Shown here: piece after piece, positions 48,134 through 62,141 of the stretch
Position numbering within the stretch: the first letter of the stretch is position 1
How the letters are laid out: each line of letters begins with the position of its first letter
Source of the DNA: the human T2T-CHM13v2.0 reference genome, Homo sapiens
Direction of reading: 5' to 3'
Assembly (NCBI GenBank): GCA_009914755.4
Contig: CP068257.2
Location: 9,184,001-9,248,000 of the forward strand
DNA length: 64,000 nucleotides
The notes under the pieces: generated by a model
What the model was told of the DNA's origin: nothing
The model's input: the letters and a program-made list of their open reading frames with translations, nothing else
The model's database searches: none
Program-made: the position numbers and the translations under genes

Positions 48134-49479
48134 AGATTAATTGTAGGGAATTGGCTTCCACAATTATAGAGGCTGAGAAGTCCTGTGATCTCTAGTTGGC
48201 AAGCTGAAGCCTGGAGACCTTGCAGAGCTGATGGTATAGTTCCAGCCTGTCTGAAGGCCTGAGAACCTGGAGGGCTGATGGTGTGATTTACAGTTCAAAA
48301 GCCAGTGCGCTCAAGACCCAGAAGATCTAATGTTTCCATTTGAGTCAGAAGCCAGGAAAAGACTGGTGATGTTCCAGCTCAAGCAGCCGGGCAGAAGGAG
48401 TTCCCTTGTTCCACAAGAGGGCCAGACATTTTGTTTTATTCAGGTCTTCAGTTGGTTGGATAAGATTCACCTACATTAGGAGGACAATTGGCTTTACTCT
48501 ATAAATTTAAATGTTAGTCTCCTCCTGAAACTCTCACAGCCCTCACAGACATACCAAGAATAATGTTTGGCTTAATATCTGGGCACCCTGTAGCCCAGTC
48601 AAGTTGACACATAAAAGTAATCATCACATATGGTAATATGTAATAGGATAAGCTGTAATGAGTTAGGAAATGGTCTGATGTTAACAAAATAATAAAGAAA
48701 GCAAATGTGTTGAATGCCTATGGGAACTTGTAACGAGATAGTCATGCACATGGTGAAGAAATTTGTTAGCTGAAGAAGTTCAATACACTGGCTCCTCCAA
48801 GATAACTTTCCCACAGAAAACTTTGGGAGCTACTCAGGTATTGCATCCTCTGGGAGTAATTAACTATTCACTAACAGGAGGTTTGCGTGTAACCAGCAAC
48901 AGCAGGTAAAATTTCAGGTGCTTCTATCAAAGAACTAGAGAGATAGCTCAGCCACTGCTAGATCCTGTGCAAAGATCCCTGGAGAATGCACCTTCCCTGA
49001 GGGATGATGTGACACTTACAATATACACTGATGTATATTGTATATGTTTTATTGAGTTGGAGCCAGATGGGGTCTATTTACTCCCAGTTGATTTTCAGGA
49101 TCATCATTTTTATATATTCTCAACAAACCTGTCCCTCTCTCTCCTCATGGTAACCACCTGGCACAACTCTATCCCTTGTAAATCCAGCTCTCCACAGAGC
49201 TGAGTGTGGCTGGAGAAGCCCACAGTGACGCTGATTGCTCTTCCCTTACATTTGTGATCACTAACCGGGGCTGGCTGCCTGATTTGCAGGGCCCAGGGCA
49301 AAATGAAAGTGTGGGGCTGTTAATTCAGAAGACATTTTAAAAAAGCCTCATTAAATGCACTAAAATCTAAGGTGTTTTCATTTTAAAAATAATTTGTGAC
49401 TTATAAACCATAAAACAGGCAACAGTGACACACGAGAAATAACATAAACTTACAAATTGCAAAAATTATGTGTGACTCC

Positions 49480-51180
49480 ACAGTCACACACATTAAGCCA
49501 CCAATGCAGCTGGCCCTGTCGCTAACCGCTAGTAGGCTCCTAGCACACCTGCCATTCCAATGCCTTCCCTCGCTCATTCATGTTTCTGGGAGGCTCCTTC
49601 AGATTCTCTCTCCTCTTAAGCCTCTAATGTTTTCTCTCCCATCCTCACTCTCAGTTAATGACTTTGGGGTATATGTCACTGAAAGAAAAACAAATTTAAG
49701 CCAAAACCAGAATAAGATGAGAGCTTCTGCAAACTGCTACTTCCTCATCACCCCCCACCTGGCTCTATGTCCAAACACTGTCTTCCTTTTTGTTACCCAT
49801 AAGTTAAACTGGAGCACTAAATCCCAATGTCTCTCTCGAATTTCAGCAATTCTCCTTCTACCTCCCACAATGTCGACTTTTCTGTCTCTACTGGAGTGTT
49901 CCTATCAACATGCACAGTTGAATTTTCCCATCTGGCACTACCTGTCCTGATCTTATGTTCCTTTCAAACTACTGCACTATTTCTGCTTTCTTCAGAGTGA
50001 AATTCTTTGAAAGTGTTTTCATATTTACCATCTCCAATTTTTGTCTTCATTCTTCCTCTCAGATCCACTAGGTCTGACAGTTTCCTCTGTCCTTTCACAG
50101 AAATTGCTCATTTCAAAATGTGAATATCTTCCATGTTGTTACAGCCCATGATCGATTCTTAACCCTCTTCTCACTTAGCCATGAATAGCATTTACACAGC
50201 TGGTTGTTGCCTGACCCTCAAACACTTTCTCACTTGGCTCCATGACCCCACAGGCTTCTTGGCTTCCTTCCTTCATCTTTGGCCTCATTTCTCCCTCTGC
50301 TTTGCTGGTTCCTGCTGTTCATCCTGTCCTTTACACACTGCAACAACTTAGGGGCTAGTCCTCTGACATCTTCTCTACCCGCATGTACTCCCTTAGGGAT
50401 TTCAAACAGTCTCATAGCTTTAAGCACCATCCATACACTGACGACTCCCAGATTCAAAGGTTTAGTCCAGACCTTACCCTTGAACTCCAAATGGGTATAC
50501 CCACGTACCTAGGAGATAATCCTTACACTCCCTTCTTTCTCCACTATGCTTAATTTAATCTGTCAGAACGTCTGTGATTCTATCTTCCAAATAGACCCAT
50601 AACCTGACCCCTCTTCACCACTCATCTTGCTACTCCTGGTCCAAGTCACCTCCACCTTGCACTTGGATTATGGCAACAGTCTCTTAACTGTTCTCCCTCT
50701 TCCATTGGCTCTTCTTAGTCTTCTATTCATTACATAGGGATCCTGTTAAAAGACAGGTCTGGTAATATCAGTCCTTTGTAAACATGTCCAATGGCTTCTC
50801 ACCACAATCAGTAAAAACCAAAAACCCTCCATCTGGTGGCCCCCAGCCCCTTCCTCCTCCACCTCACATGTGCTTCCTTTGCTCACCCTCTCTTGACTGC
50901 TTGCTGCTCTTCAAACATGTTAGGTTATGCTCCTTCCTCTAGGCCTCTGTCTGCAACATCCTTTCTCCAACATCTTTGTGGGTGGCTCTCTCACTTTTAC
51001 AGGTCTTGCTCATGGGCCTTCTGGCAAGCCCTTCCCTGATCACCATGCTTGCATGGCAGGCTGGCACTCTGTCTGCCCTGTTTAGTTTTCTTCATGAGAA
51101 CAGAAAGTCCTGTTTGTCTTCTTTACTGCTTTATGACCAGGGCCTAGAAGCACTTGGCACAACTAGGCATTCAGTACAGA
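49480..51180 (+). mobile_element. Probable ancient LTR or non-autonomous element of about 1.7 kb, interspersed-repeat-like. This is a tentative call.
   Basis: Its style and tail (cttggcacaactaggcattcagtacagatttattaattgaatgactaaatag) resemble the ggcacatagtaggtgctcaataaatatttgttgaatgaatg ends of MLT/MIR-class repeats. ORF 49468-49950 (160 aa) is of low complexity and I do not regard it as coding. Confidence 0.3.
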
Positions 51181-53689
51181 TTTATTAATTGAATGACTAA
51201 ATAGCAGTTGTGAATCAGAACACAATGGAATCTATATCTCCAAAACTTTGTGATGAATAAAACTGGCTAAAATATGAGAATTTTATGTACCTTAGTCACA
51301 TATCATAAGATTTTCTAAGTAGAATTCATACTTGGTTGTATGTCCTAAGATCTTTTTAGGGAGGTTTCCTCTGTCTAAGGGGATTCAAAGATATCAGTGA
51401 AACCTGAAAATTGTCTTGGGTTAAGTAGTGCATTGTGGAGTACCAAATGGCATGAAAGAACAAAACTGCTGTCATTGTGACTGCCATAGTCAATGTCAAT
51501 GTTGGATATGACTGCATGAGCTGACAGCCCCTGGAGCATGTGAAATATATGAAATGCACACTGGACATAACAGAGCATTTTTGCAGGGAGCTGGACCAAC
51601 TCTTTTATATGACTAAGATGCTATTTGCAATTTATATAAAGGAAAAAAGCAAATATGCTCCATGCAGTGCCTAAAAGAGCCCTAGTGGCTTCCGGGTAGA
51701 AAGCCATCCCACTTCTCTTCAGCAGAGCATGAAATCAACCTACTACCTTTTATCAGGTTACTTACATAAAGGAATTGTGCCTATTAATAAAACATCATGC
51801 ATCTTATTTCTCCAAGAGCAATGATAACCAAACTCTCCTTTCCCGTTCCCTCTTCCTTCCTTCTCTGGGGTCACTTTTTGCTGCCCTGTGTTCTGTTCAG
51901 CATGCATTGGCCATGAGGATCAGATTGTTAGTCCAGATGACTTTGAAGTAGTTTTTCTTATGGTAAGGTTTTCTCCTAAGTCTGTAGCATAGAATCCTTG
52001 TTTTTGGGTTGATCCATGCTTAACCTGAAGATGATAGAATGCAAATTCTGCTTTATATTTGTGTATATAAATATTGCATCAGTCACATGTCCATTTTGGT
52101 GGCAACATCGTCTGTGGTTTTCTTAGCTGCCCTGGGATTGAATTTGCTTAATCATGTTCCCTTTTCTTTCAGGTTGTGCTTGGCTTCTTGCTGCCCACAC
52201 CTACTCCATGATTTCATGCTAATTTCTGCCCTTCTTCTCAGTTAGTGAAAGCTTCCCCCCACTCATTATCAGCACACTTGAATGTCCACTTAGTGTCAGA
52301 CATACAATTTTTAAAGTGAGAATTTCGTCCAGGACTTTTACAAAGCCTCTCATGTGGCCACTGACTGCAGTTAAAAAACTAGCCTGTTAGAATGGTCACC
52401 TTGACATCATAGTCCAAAAGTGTCCCAATAATGGATGTGCCAAAAAATTCTGAAACCATCATAGGAGTTAAAAAATGAGAACACCAGCCCACAAAGAATG
52501 GTATCACCCAAACATTTGGACCAAGTCCACAGTTTTTATATTTTTGTGCCACATAGCATAGACAGCCTAATATATTTAAAGTAACACTTAAAATGTACTT
52601 TAGGGATTCAAATTTTAGCTGCTTGTTTCTATTTGCTAATACAGAACATAAATTTTGAAAAAATAAACTTTTAATTGAAAATTTTACAAAAAGTAAAATA
52701 AAAAACTGCTTATATTTCCATCCAAGGGAAAGAAGATACACATAGTAAATACTTTAAAAGTATGTATATTCTTTCACCCACTTTTAGGATTTATCCTAAG
52801 TATAACTAGCTGTTTTATAAAGATGTTCATCATCATTATTTAGAGTAAGAAAAAATGAACCTAAATGTTGACAGATAGAATTCACGGAGTGAGCTATGGT
52901 GCATGCACACAGTGGGGAATTATGCAGGACTGAACACTATGTTTAAAAGCATTTTTAATGGCATGTCAAACACTTATTCTAATATGGAAAATACAGTGAC
53001 TTCGTGGATATACAAAAACATCCTCATTTTTGTGTAATCGTGTATCATATATGATCCTAAGTACGTAATACTAAACATGAGAAAAAATGCTTGCTAAAAA
53101 CAGACCAAAATGTAGAGGGCTGCCACTGTGTGGTGTGATCGGGTGACTTTTTGCCTTTTAATTTATATTTTGTTGGCACAGAACATTGTTCTCATGTGCC
53201 CGAAGAGATTTAAAGATGATCTTGAGATGATTAGCCTCCTCTCAGAGTCCTGCCGGGGTAGATAACAGGGAAGATTGGGGCAGGTCAGAGGTGACTCTGG
53301 GACGTTTGTGCTTGGTGCCCTGCTGCAAGGGACAGCAGCTCTGCAGCTCCAGCCCACTGTTTGTCACAGGTCCTTGGTGACTGTCTTACCAGTTATTTTC
53401 AAATTCAAGATAAAATGGAGATACAGACTTTCACATAAAACTTTCTACATTTAACTACCAGCAATTACATTTTTTGTCATAAAACAAAGGGTAGGTCAAA
53501 CAAAACGTCTTAAGAGTAAATCTGTCTACAATGTGTTCAGGAAACGAACACAGGTCAGGTTTATGTGGAAGATATCCAGGGCGTAGCACATCTGCTGGAA
53601 GCATTTCAGTCATGAGCACAGCTGGGTATTGGCCGTGAACCTGGTGTGCATTGAATACACATCCCCGTGGCCCCTACAGTGCATTCCCT

Positions 53690-53800
53690 GTGGATAGTTT
53701 ATTAGGTTTCCTTTATTCCCTTCATCTATTCTTCCCTTTCCTTTCTTCCTTCCTCTTTTTTTGCCTCCCTCTCTCTCTTCCTGTCTTTATTAAATATGTG
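53690..53800. repeat. Polypyrimidine (CT-rich) tract of about 100 bp.
   Basis: ttcctttattcccttcatctattcttccctttcctttcttccttcctctttttttgcctccctctctctcttcctgtcttt. Confidence 0.85.
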
Positions 53801-54192
53801 GGATGCAGATTTGATGAATATGTCAATCAAAGATCACCAAGAAGTCTTAAAACAGGTAAACCACAGAAAACAGTCAGGATCAGAATAAGAACAGTTTAGT
53901 GGTTCTCAAGCTTTTTGTTCTCAGAACTTCTTTATAATCTAAAATGTGTTGCGCCCCCTGAAAAGCTTTCACTTTTATGGGATAAAAATAAATATTTATA
54001 AAATATATAGTAAAAAATATAAATATATAAATAAATTTATGATTTGTTTATATAAATATGTATATAAAACCATATTTATCATATTAAGATTTGAAATGGA
54101 CAAATATTTAAAATATTTATTAGTTAATTTTAAATAATTACCAACCTTTCAAATAAATAACATTTTAATGAAAATTAAAAAAAATTAAATTC

Positions 54193-54517
<325 letters not shown>

Positions 54518-57414
54518 TTATTTAGTTCTAAAATTATATTTAATTTTGTAATTTATTTTAATTGTATATTAATCACATTTATTTTAAAACCAAATAAATG
54601 TGTTGAGAAGAGAGAAATTGTTTTACATTTTTGCAAATCTCCTTAATGTGTAGCTTAATAAAAGATAACTGTACTATTCTGTTTCTGCATTTAATCTGTT
54701 ATGAAGTCACCTATCATGAATCTTCTGGAAAATTCCACGTATATTTGTGAGAGAATGAGGGTAAAAATGGCGAATAACATATTAGTATTATTATAAAAGT
54801 CATTTTGGCCTCCTGTTGCCACTGAAAAAGTCTCAGGATGTCCCAGGGGACTTTGGCCCACACTTTGAGAATCAATGTTCAGGCTCCTTTCTGAGCTGAT
54901 TATGTAGCTGAGCACGTTGAACGTCATGTGATTGAGAACCTGCCCCTTCCAGCCTTCATCTCTTCCATTAGCTTCCCTAAACCATTCATTTTTTAGGGCA
55001 TTATTTTCTATCAAATACAAACACCAGTGGAAGAGAGAACACATGAAGCCATTAGTAGTTTAATGCCTTAATGTGAATAAATTTACTTCATTTCAATTTG
55101 AGAGTCCATGGGGTCACAAAGGAGATGAAAGAGAAAGTACAAGAGCCAGACATAAGGTTGGAAAGAACCCTGTCCCCAGTGAAAGGCCAATTTTTTCTTT
55201 CACAGCATCATCTTGGAACAACCTGCTTTCTGGATTCTTAGCTCACAAGTTTGAAAAGGAGCCATTCCCTGATCTATTTTAATTGCTTATCTTCAAAAAC
55301 TATCTGAACTAAGGTACCCTGTGGCTACTACCTTCCAATTTAGGACTCAGGTTTCCAGGAAAAGAAAAGAGTTACAACTACTAATAAAAGTCAGTCAAAG
55401 TAACTGCTCCCCTTTGAAAGTTTCAGCTCTTATTTTAGATATGGGGGTTCACATGCAGGTGTGTTACATGGGTGTATTACACCCAGCTAGTGAGTATTGT
55501 ACCCCTGGGTAGTTTTTCAATGCATGCCCCTCCCTTCTTTGCCCCCCGCAGTCCACAGCGCCTGTTGTTCCCATGTGTACGTCCATGTGTGCTCAATGCA
55601 TAGCTTGGAGCTCCCACCTATAACTGAGAACATGCAGCGTTTAAATCCCACTAATTTCTATGAAAAAGTATTTCTGTTGATAACCCTGCAGGAAGCTCTT
55701 TATTAATGTCTTCATCCTTTAAACCTACTTAGCCCTATGCTGCTTTAGTCACCTGTACTTTTTTAAAAAAACTATTTTTTTCTCTCATTCTGACTTACTT
55801 ATCCTTACATGCATTGCTATTTCTTCATTCCTAAGGAAGTACGCATTCGATTTAAGCATCTGTGCTAAGACATCCTTGGAAATTAAATTCTAGTCTTTTT
55901 TAATGGGGCAAAATGGAAATATAATCTCAGGTAATGCTTTCCAGTTCAGCTTACTGCTGGTTTTCGCAGATGGAATTATAAACATACTTAATCAGAGGGA
56001 AATTCCAATAAACTTTAGCCACAGTATATTCGTGCCTTTGCATGGGAAGAGTTGATCTCTCCTCAAGCTAGCTGCAGCCTGCGTCTTCTGAGGGAAGAGC
56101 TGTCTTCACTTGCGTGGGATGAATTTGAGAGATCACTGGCCTTGCCGTCTGAGAGTGCGGTCCCTGAGCTGGGAGGATTCTGCCGAGATTAGGTCATGCA
56201 ATCAGCCTGAGGTGCCACCATGGGGGTGAGCTCAAATTATAGTTTTGGGACCATGCCTGAGTTTAGTCAGCAAAAGTAATTCACACCAGAGGGGGAATGT
56301 GCAAGAGGTCAATAACAGAATGAGAAATCAGGGGCAGGGAAAATGCAGGTTGTGAAAGACGATGAAGTGATGATTAGAGGCAGGCTAGGGTGGCCTACCA
56401 ATGGTGAAGTCCTGGGAGTGAAGAAGACGTTTGCTTCATAAATAAAGAAAGCCTTCTGTGCTGCAGGAGAATCAACTGTTGAGAGGGGTGAATGGATGCA
56501 GAGTAGTTTCCCTGTTACCACGTCCAAACAGATGTTTATTTGCTGGTAACTGCCATTTCAAAAATACCACCGGAATACTCATTATTTAAATGTTTTTGTT
56601 ACACCACAACTTTGGAAAACATCTCTAAGCCAGGCATATAAGCCAAGGTTACATAGTATGTCAGGAAAGGTATAACCATTAAATTAATTAACTGTGTTTT
56701 GTCTATGATTTTTAAGAAAAAAATCTATATTTTCTGCGAGTAGTGAGCAATACTTATCAATTGGTTAGTCACTTGTGTCTGCGAGTTTCATCACCAGCAT
56801 GATCGGAAAGGTATCTCCCCTCAGCTTCATTTGCAAGGAGGCCTGAGTCGCTCTCAGCCTCCCCCATTTCTGCGCTGCAGCTTCTGGGGAGCCCCTGACA
56901 CCACAGACCCCAGAGCAGCCCCTGCCGACAGCGTGCCTGCTCCGGACAATCCCGAGCTAAGGATCTGTTAGTATTAACTGGGATTTTCTGTCTCGTATAA
57001 TGCATGGAGCAGTGTTTCTTAAATTCATTCTTAAGGAATGAATTTGTGAAGAAAATGCACAGCTGCCCCAAACACTGTAGGCACTGAACGAGCACTCATG
57101 GCTTCTCTCTTTGCAGAAATCTCTGTGGACTCTCCTGTTCGTGGGAGGAGTGCCTTTTTCTAGGGTGCAGTGGCTTCCTCTCCATGCTCAGCTCGCACAC
57201 TCCCGGCTCTGCCTCTGCCCTCCGGCCACCGGTCCCCCAGTCGTGCCACATCCCTGCTGCCTGAGGGGATGCTTGCACGGCTCCCTCTGCCGGGACTTTC
57301 CACCTATATGCTCGGCCTTGACCCCTCACTCACATACCCTTTTCTTCACAACTCTTTCCTGACTCTCAACACCATCCTACACTCACAGAGTACTGCATGC
57401 CTTTCTGACATAGC

Positions 57415-58385
57415 CGTGTGTCAGTGTGCTGTGCGAAGTGTTTTCATGTGTATGTGACTATTTGCATGTTATAGCAGTGTGTCAGTGTGCTGTGTGACTT
57501 TGGTGTATGTGACTATTTGCATGTTACAGCAGTGTGTCAGTGTGCTGTGTGAAGGGTTTTCATGTATATGACTATTTGCGTGTTATAGCAGTGTGTCAGT
57601 GTGCTGCGTGACGTGTTTTCATGTGTATATGAGTATTTGTGTGTTATAGCCATGTGTCAGTGTGCTGTGTGTTTTGTTTATGTGACTATTTGCGTGTTAT
57701 AGCAGTGTGTCAGTGTGCTGTGTGAAGTGTTTTCGTGTATATGACTATTTGCGTGTTATAGCCGTGTGTCAGTGTGCTGTGTGAAGTACTTTGGTGTATG
57801 TGACTATTTGCATGTTACAGCAGTGTGTCAGTGTGCTGTGTGAAGTGTTTTCGTGTATATGACTATTTGCATGTTATAGCAGCGTGTCAGTGTGTCGTGA
57901 AGGGTTTTCATGTCTTTGACTATCTACATGTTACAGCAGCGTGTCAGTGTGCTGTCTGAAGTGTTTTCATGTGTATATGACTATTTGCGTGTTATAGCAG
58001 TGTGTCAGTGTGCTGTGTGAAGGACTTTGGTGTATGTGACTATTTGCATGTTACAGCAGTGTGTCAGTGTGCTGTGTGAAGTGTTTTCATGTGTGTGACT
58101 ATTTCCGTGTTATAGCAGTGTGTCCGTATGCTGTGTGAAGTGTTTTCGTGTATATGACTATTTGCGTGTTACAGCAGTGTCAGTGTGCTGTGTGAAGTGT
58201 TTTCATGTGTATGACTATTTGCATGTTATAGCCGTGTGTCGGTGTGCTGTGTGAAGTGTTTTCATGTGTATGACTATTTGCATGTTATAGCAGTGTGTCA
58301 GTGTGCTGTGTGACGTGTTTTCATGTGTATATGACTATTTGCATGTTATAGCAGTGTGTCAGTGTGCTGAGGGAGGTGTTTTAGT
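57415..58385. repeat. GT-rich minisatellite/VNTR, about 17 copies of a variable 53-62 bp unit: gtgtcagtgtgctgtgtgaagtgttttcatgtgtatatgactatttgcatgttatagcagt.
   Basis: cagtgtgctg recurs at 57421, 57483, 57538, 57597, 57658, 57711, 57770 and so on. The units differ by small indels. Confidence 0.95.
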
Positions 58386-58982
58386 GTATATGACTATTTG
58401 CATGTCTTCTGCACACTAGATGGAGTGCAGAGTGTGTTGCCTGTTTTTCTCCACCGCTCCATCCTCAGTGCCTGCTACAGTGTTGGACACACAGTAGGGG
58501 TTCAGTAAATGCTAATGAACAGTTGATTAAATGAGCAAAAACCTTTATTGAATACCTACCATGTTCCAGACATGGCTAACTGATGAGAATTTACCAATTA
58601 CATGCTTGCTGCCTTCAGGGAGCTCAACCTCACAAGACAGACCGTCATGTAGAGACAACTGCTACACAACATGGGAAGAACTGCTAGAGATGTAAAGATG
58701 TAAAGACCCAAAATGAAGAAGCCAGAACACATGAACACAAAACCAGCCAACCAACAAACACAAGCAGCATGGAGCATAGAGTCTGGGGACCAACTGCATC
58801 GTGCTGAGGAATGCAGGTGGAGGCAGAGTGGAAATCACCTGAGTTTCCATCAGGCAGAGTTGCACTTGAATTTGAGTTCTGGCACTTGCTGAGCCTCTCT
58901 GATTCTGTCTTCTGTAAAATAGGAGTAATAATATTTATTTATATCTACCGTACAGGCAATTGTGAGATTTACTTAAGACATA

Positions 58983-59440
58983 CTGTCTTAGTCCATTTTT
59001 CTGTTGCTTATAACAGAATACCTGAAACTAGGTGACTTATTTTTAAAAAGCTTATTTCTTAGAGTTACGAAGGCTGAGAAGTCCAAGGATGGGGGTCTGC
59101 AGCTGGTGAAGGCCTTCTTCCTGACGGGAAATTAGAAGAGCCCTAAGGTGGTTCAGAGCACCACATGGCAAGGGGCCGAGGATGCTAGCGTGTTAGCTCA
59201 GATCTCTCTTCTTCTTATAAGGCCACTAGTTCCTCTCCCATGATAACCCGTTTAGCCATTAACCCATTAGTTCTTTAATCCATGAGTAGATTGATTCATA
59301 AGGGGATAACCCCTGTGATCCAATCACCACTTAAAGGACGCCCCTCTCAATACTCCCATATCGGGGATTGTTGCAACACAAATTAAGATGGCCTATTAGA
59401 TATCCTTAATCTTACATCTTAAGGTGTTCTGTGATGTTGC
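58983..59440 (+). mobile_element. MaLR LTR of the MST/MLT type.
   Basis: gtcttagtccatttttctgttgcttataacagaatacctgaaactaggtgacttatttttaaaaagcttatttcttagagttacgaaggctgagaagtccaagg... Confidence 0.5.
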
Positions 59441-59536
59441 AGTTCAACCCCCTCTCATTCCTCTCTACTCTTTTAGCAGTTACAAACAAACAAACTCAGC
59501 AAAGAAAACACCAGACAAACATACATCCAATAGTAT

Positions 59537-60560
59537 TGTGTCCGGAATTGGTGGGTTCTTGGTCTCACTGACTTCAAGAATGAAGCCACGGACCCTTGCG
59601 GTGAGTGTTACAGTTCCTAAAGATGGTGTGTCCAGAGTTTCTTCCTTCAGATGTTCAGATGGGTCCAGAGTTTCTTCCTTCTGGTGGGTTTGTGGTCTCA
59701 CTGGCTTCAGGAGTGAAGCTGCAGACCTTCACAGTGTTACAGCTCATAAAGGTAGCGTGGACCCAAAGAGTGGGCAGCAGCCGCCAAAGACGGTGCAGAC
59801 CCAAAGACTGATCAGCAGCAAGATTTATTGCAAAAGGCAAAAGAACGGAGCTTCCACAGTCTGGAAGGCCCTAGCCGGTTGCCACTGCTAGCCCAGGCAG
59901 CCTGCTTTTATTCCCTTATCTGGCCCAACCCACATCCTACTCATTGGCTCATTTTAGAGAGAGCTGAATGGTCCATTTTACAGAAACCTGATTGGGCTGT
60001 TTTACAGAGAGCTGATTGGTCCATTTTGACAGAGCGCTGATTGGTGCATTTACAAACCTTTCGCTAGACACAGAGCGCTGATTGGTGCATTTACAATCCT
60101 TTAGCTAGACAGGAAAGTTCTCCAAGTCCCCACCAGATTAGCTAGACACAGAGCGCTGATCGATGCGGTTACAAACCTCTAGCTAAACAGAAAAGTTCTC
60201 CAAGTCCCCACCCGACACAGAAACCCAGCCGGCTTCAGCTCTCAATGGCACTTGCCCTGAGACTTTGCGGCACCTAGCCTGGGTGCTCCGGCAGCCTAGT
60301 AGGCACCGGCCGGCCACACCGAGTGTGGGCCCCTGAGCCTGCACCCACCCGGAACCAGCACTGGCCCGCGAGCATGCACAGCCCCGCTCCCGCCTGCGCC
60401 TCTCCCTGCACACCTGGTGGGGAGCAGAGGGAGCCGCCGGGCCTCCGCCAGCCCCAGAGAAGGGCCCCCACAGCACAGCGGCGGGCTGAAGGGCTCCTGG
60501 AGCACTGCCAGAGCGGTTGCTGAGAGCCAGTGAGGGCTGCTAGCACGTTGTCACCTCTCA
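59537..60560 (-). mobile_element. Solitary ERV9 LTR (LTR12), about 1.02 kb, antisense, flanked by a 4-bp target-site duplication GTAT.
   Basis: Its left end reads tgtgtccggaattggtgggttcttggtctcactgacttcaagaatgaagccacggaccc. ctgattggt repeats occur at 59960-60170. Its right end reads gctagcacgttgtcacctctca. The flanks are tagtat|LTR|gtatta. ORFs 60183-60570 are GC-rich LTR artefacts. Confidence 0.85.
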
Positions 60561-62104
60561 GTATTAACAATACAAATACTTTTTTGTCTTATTTGTCCTT
60601 TGACTTATTTATAACCAACCGAATGTAGAGAAAGTGATGCTGATGTTGAGTGACTCTGGAGGCTAGACCAGAAAATGTTGAAGAGTATCAGAATATACAA
60701 CCCTAATATATGTTACTTTTGCATAAATTTTATTTTTAAAATTTTTAATTTTTATTTTAAGCTGAAGGCAATTGAGAAAAAGAAGATGCGAGAAGAGCTG
60801 TTTACCCTTCCTTTATCTGCTTAAAAGCAAGGAATAAATTTCCATTATAAAGGTGTCCCCTTGTTCTCATACCAAGAAGAGGAGACAGCATCAAGATTAC
60901 TCTACATAAAGAAACCCAACTAAATAACCCTTATCTATAATAGTTTCTCCCATATATTTACCTTCCTACAATTTAATGCCCCTAGAAGCCCAAGCCCCTT
61001 TTCTTTGGTTGCTTCCCCACAATTTATCGTACTTTGTTAAAATGGTAGGTAAGCTCCTAAGTGTAACCACTTCTTTGGATTTTTTTAGTTCTTTCTCTGC
61101 AGTTCCCATGCATATAAAAATATTAACAACAAATAAAATTTGTATGCTCTTCATTCGTTGGTCCATCTTTTGTCAGTTTAATTCACAAATTAAGCTGCAG
61201 AACCTAAGAGGATGGAGGAAAAGTTTTCCTTTCTTACAAGATCATGCAGCATCTGCTTCACTTACTGAGGAGCCCCGAGCCACCATGTATAAAATCTGAA
61301 TACCCGAAGACCCCCATACTGTGAGGAAGCCCGACCACATGGAGAGGCCACATGAAGGTTCTCAAATCAGAACCCCAGCTGAGGTCCCAGCCTACAACCA
61401 GTATCAACCACCAGACATGTGAGTAATGATGTTTCCAGTTGATTCCAACCAACAGCCTTTGGGTCACCTCCAGCCTTTGGATCTTTGCATCTGAAATGCC
61501 ACGCATGACAGAGCAGATACAAGCATTTCTGCTGTGTCCTGTCCAAGTCTCTGACTGATAGAATCTGGGCTTGTTCTAGGCACCTGAGTCTTGAGGTTGT
61601 TTGTTACACAGCCTTAGTAACTTGAACAACGGTTATGCAACACTTGAGCTAGACCTTGAAAGATGAATGGGGATTTTTGTCTAGCAAAACTGTTTGGAAA
61701 AGGCTTAATATTTTAGGAGAAAAGTTAAAAGGTAAGTGTGGTTAACACATGGGTTGTGGGAGAGAATCAGGAGATGAGATGAAAAAAGTTGATGTAAGAA
61801 AGTGTGCTGTATGGTTTGGTGAAAATTATAATATATTTGTTCATCAGCATAGGCAATTTTCTTCCAGACCACTGGCTTTGAAATGATGTATTTTTAAAAT
61901 TGCAAAGTTTATACCATAGAATTTCTGGAGCCTTCTGAAATTTCAATTGGAGATAAAACAGGACTTCAAAATGTAACTTCTCTTAAATTATGAGCTATGG
62001 TTTAACTGATGAGTAATTTTTAGTTTTATTGTTGGTTAAAAACACACTGTCATTCCCATGAGTGCTCGCATGCAGTTTTAGCATGTGTGTGTATGTCTCT
62101 TTTA

Positions 62105-62141
62105 TTTTTTGTTTTGTTTTGTTTTGTTTTGTTTTGTTTGC
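62105..62141. repeat. (TTTTG)n microsatellite, about 7 units.
   Basis: ttttattttttgttttgttttgttttgttttgttttgtttg. Confidence 0.9.
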
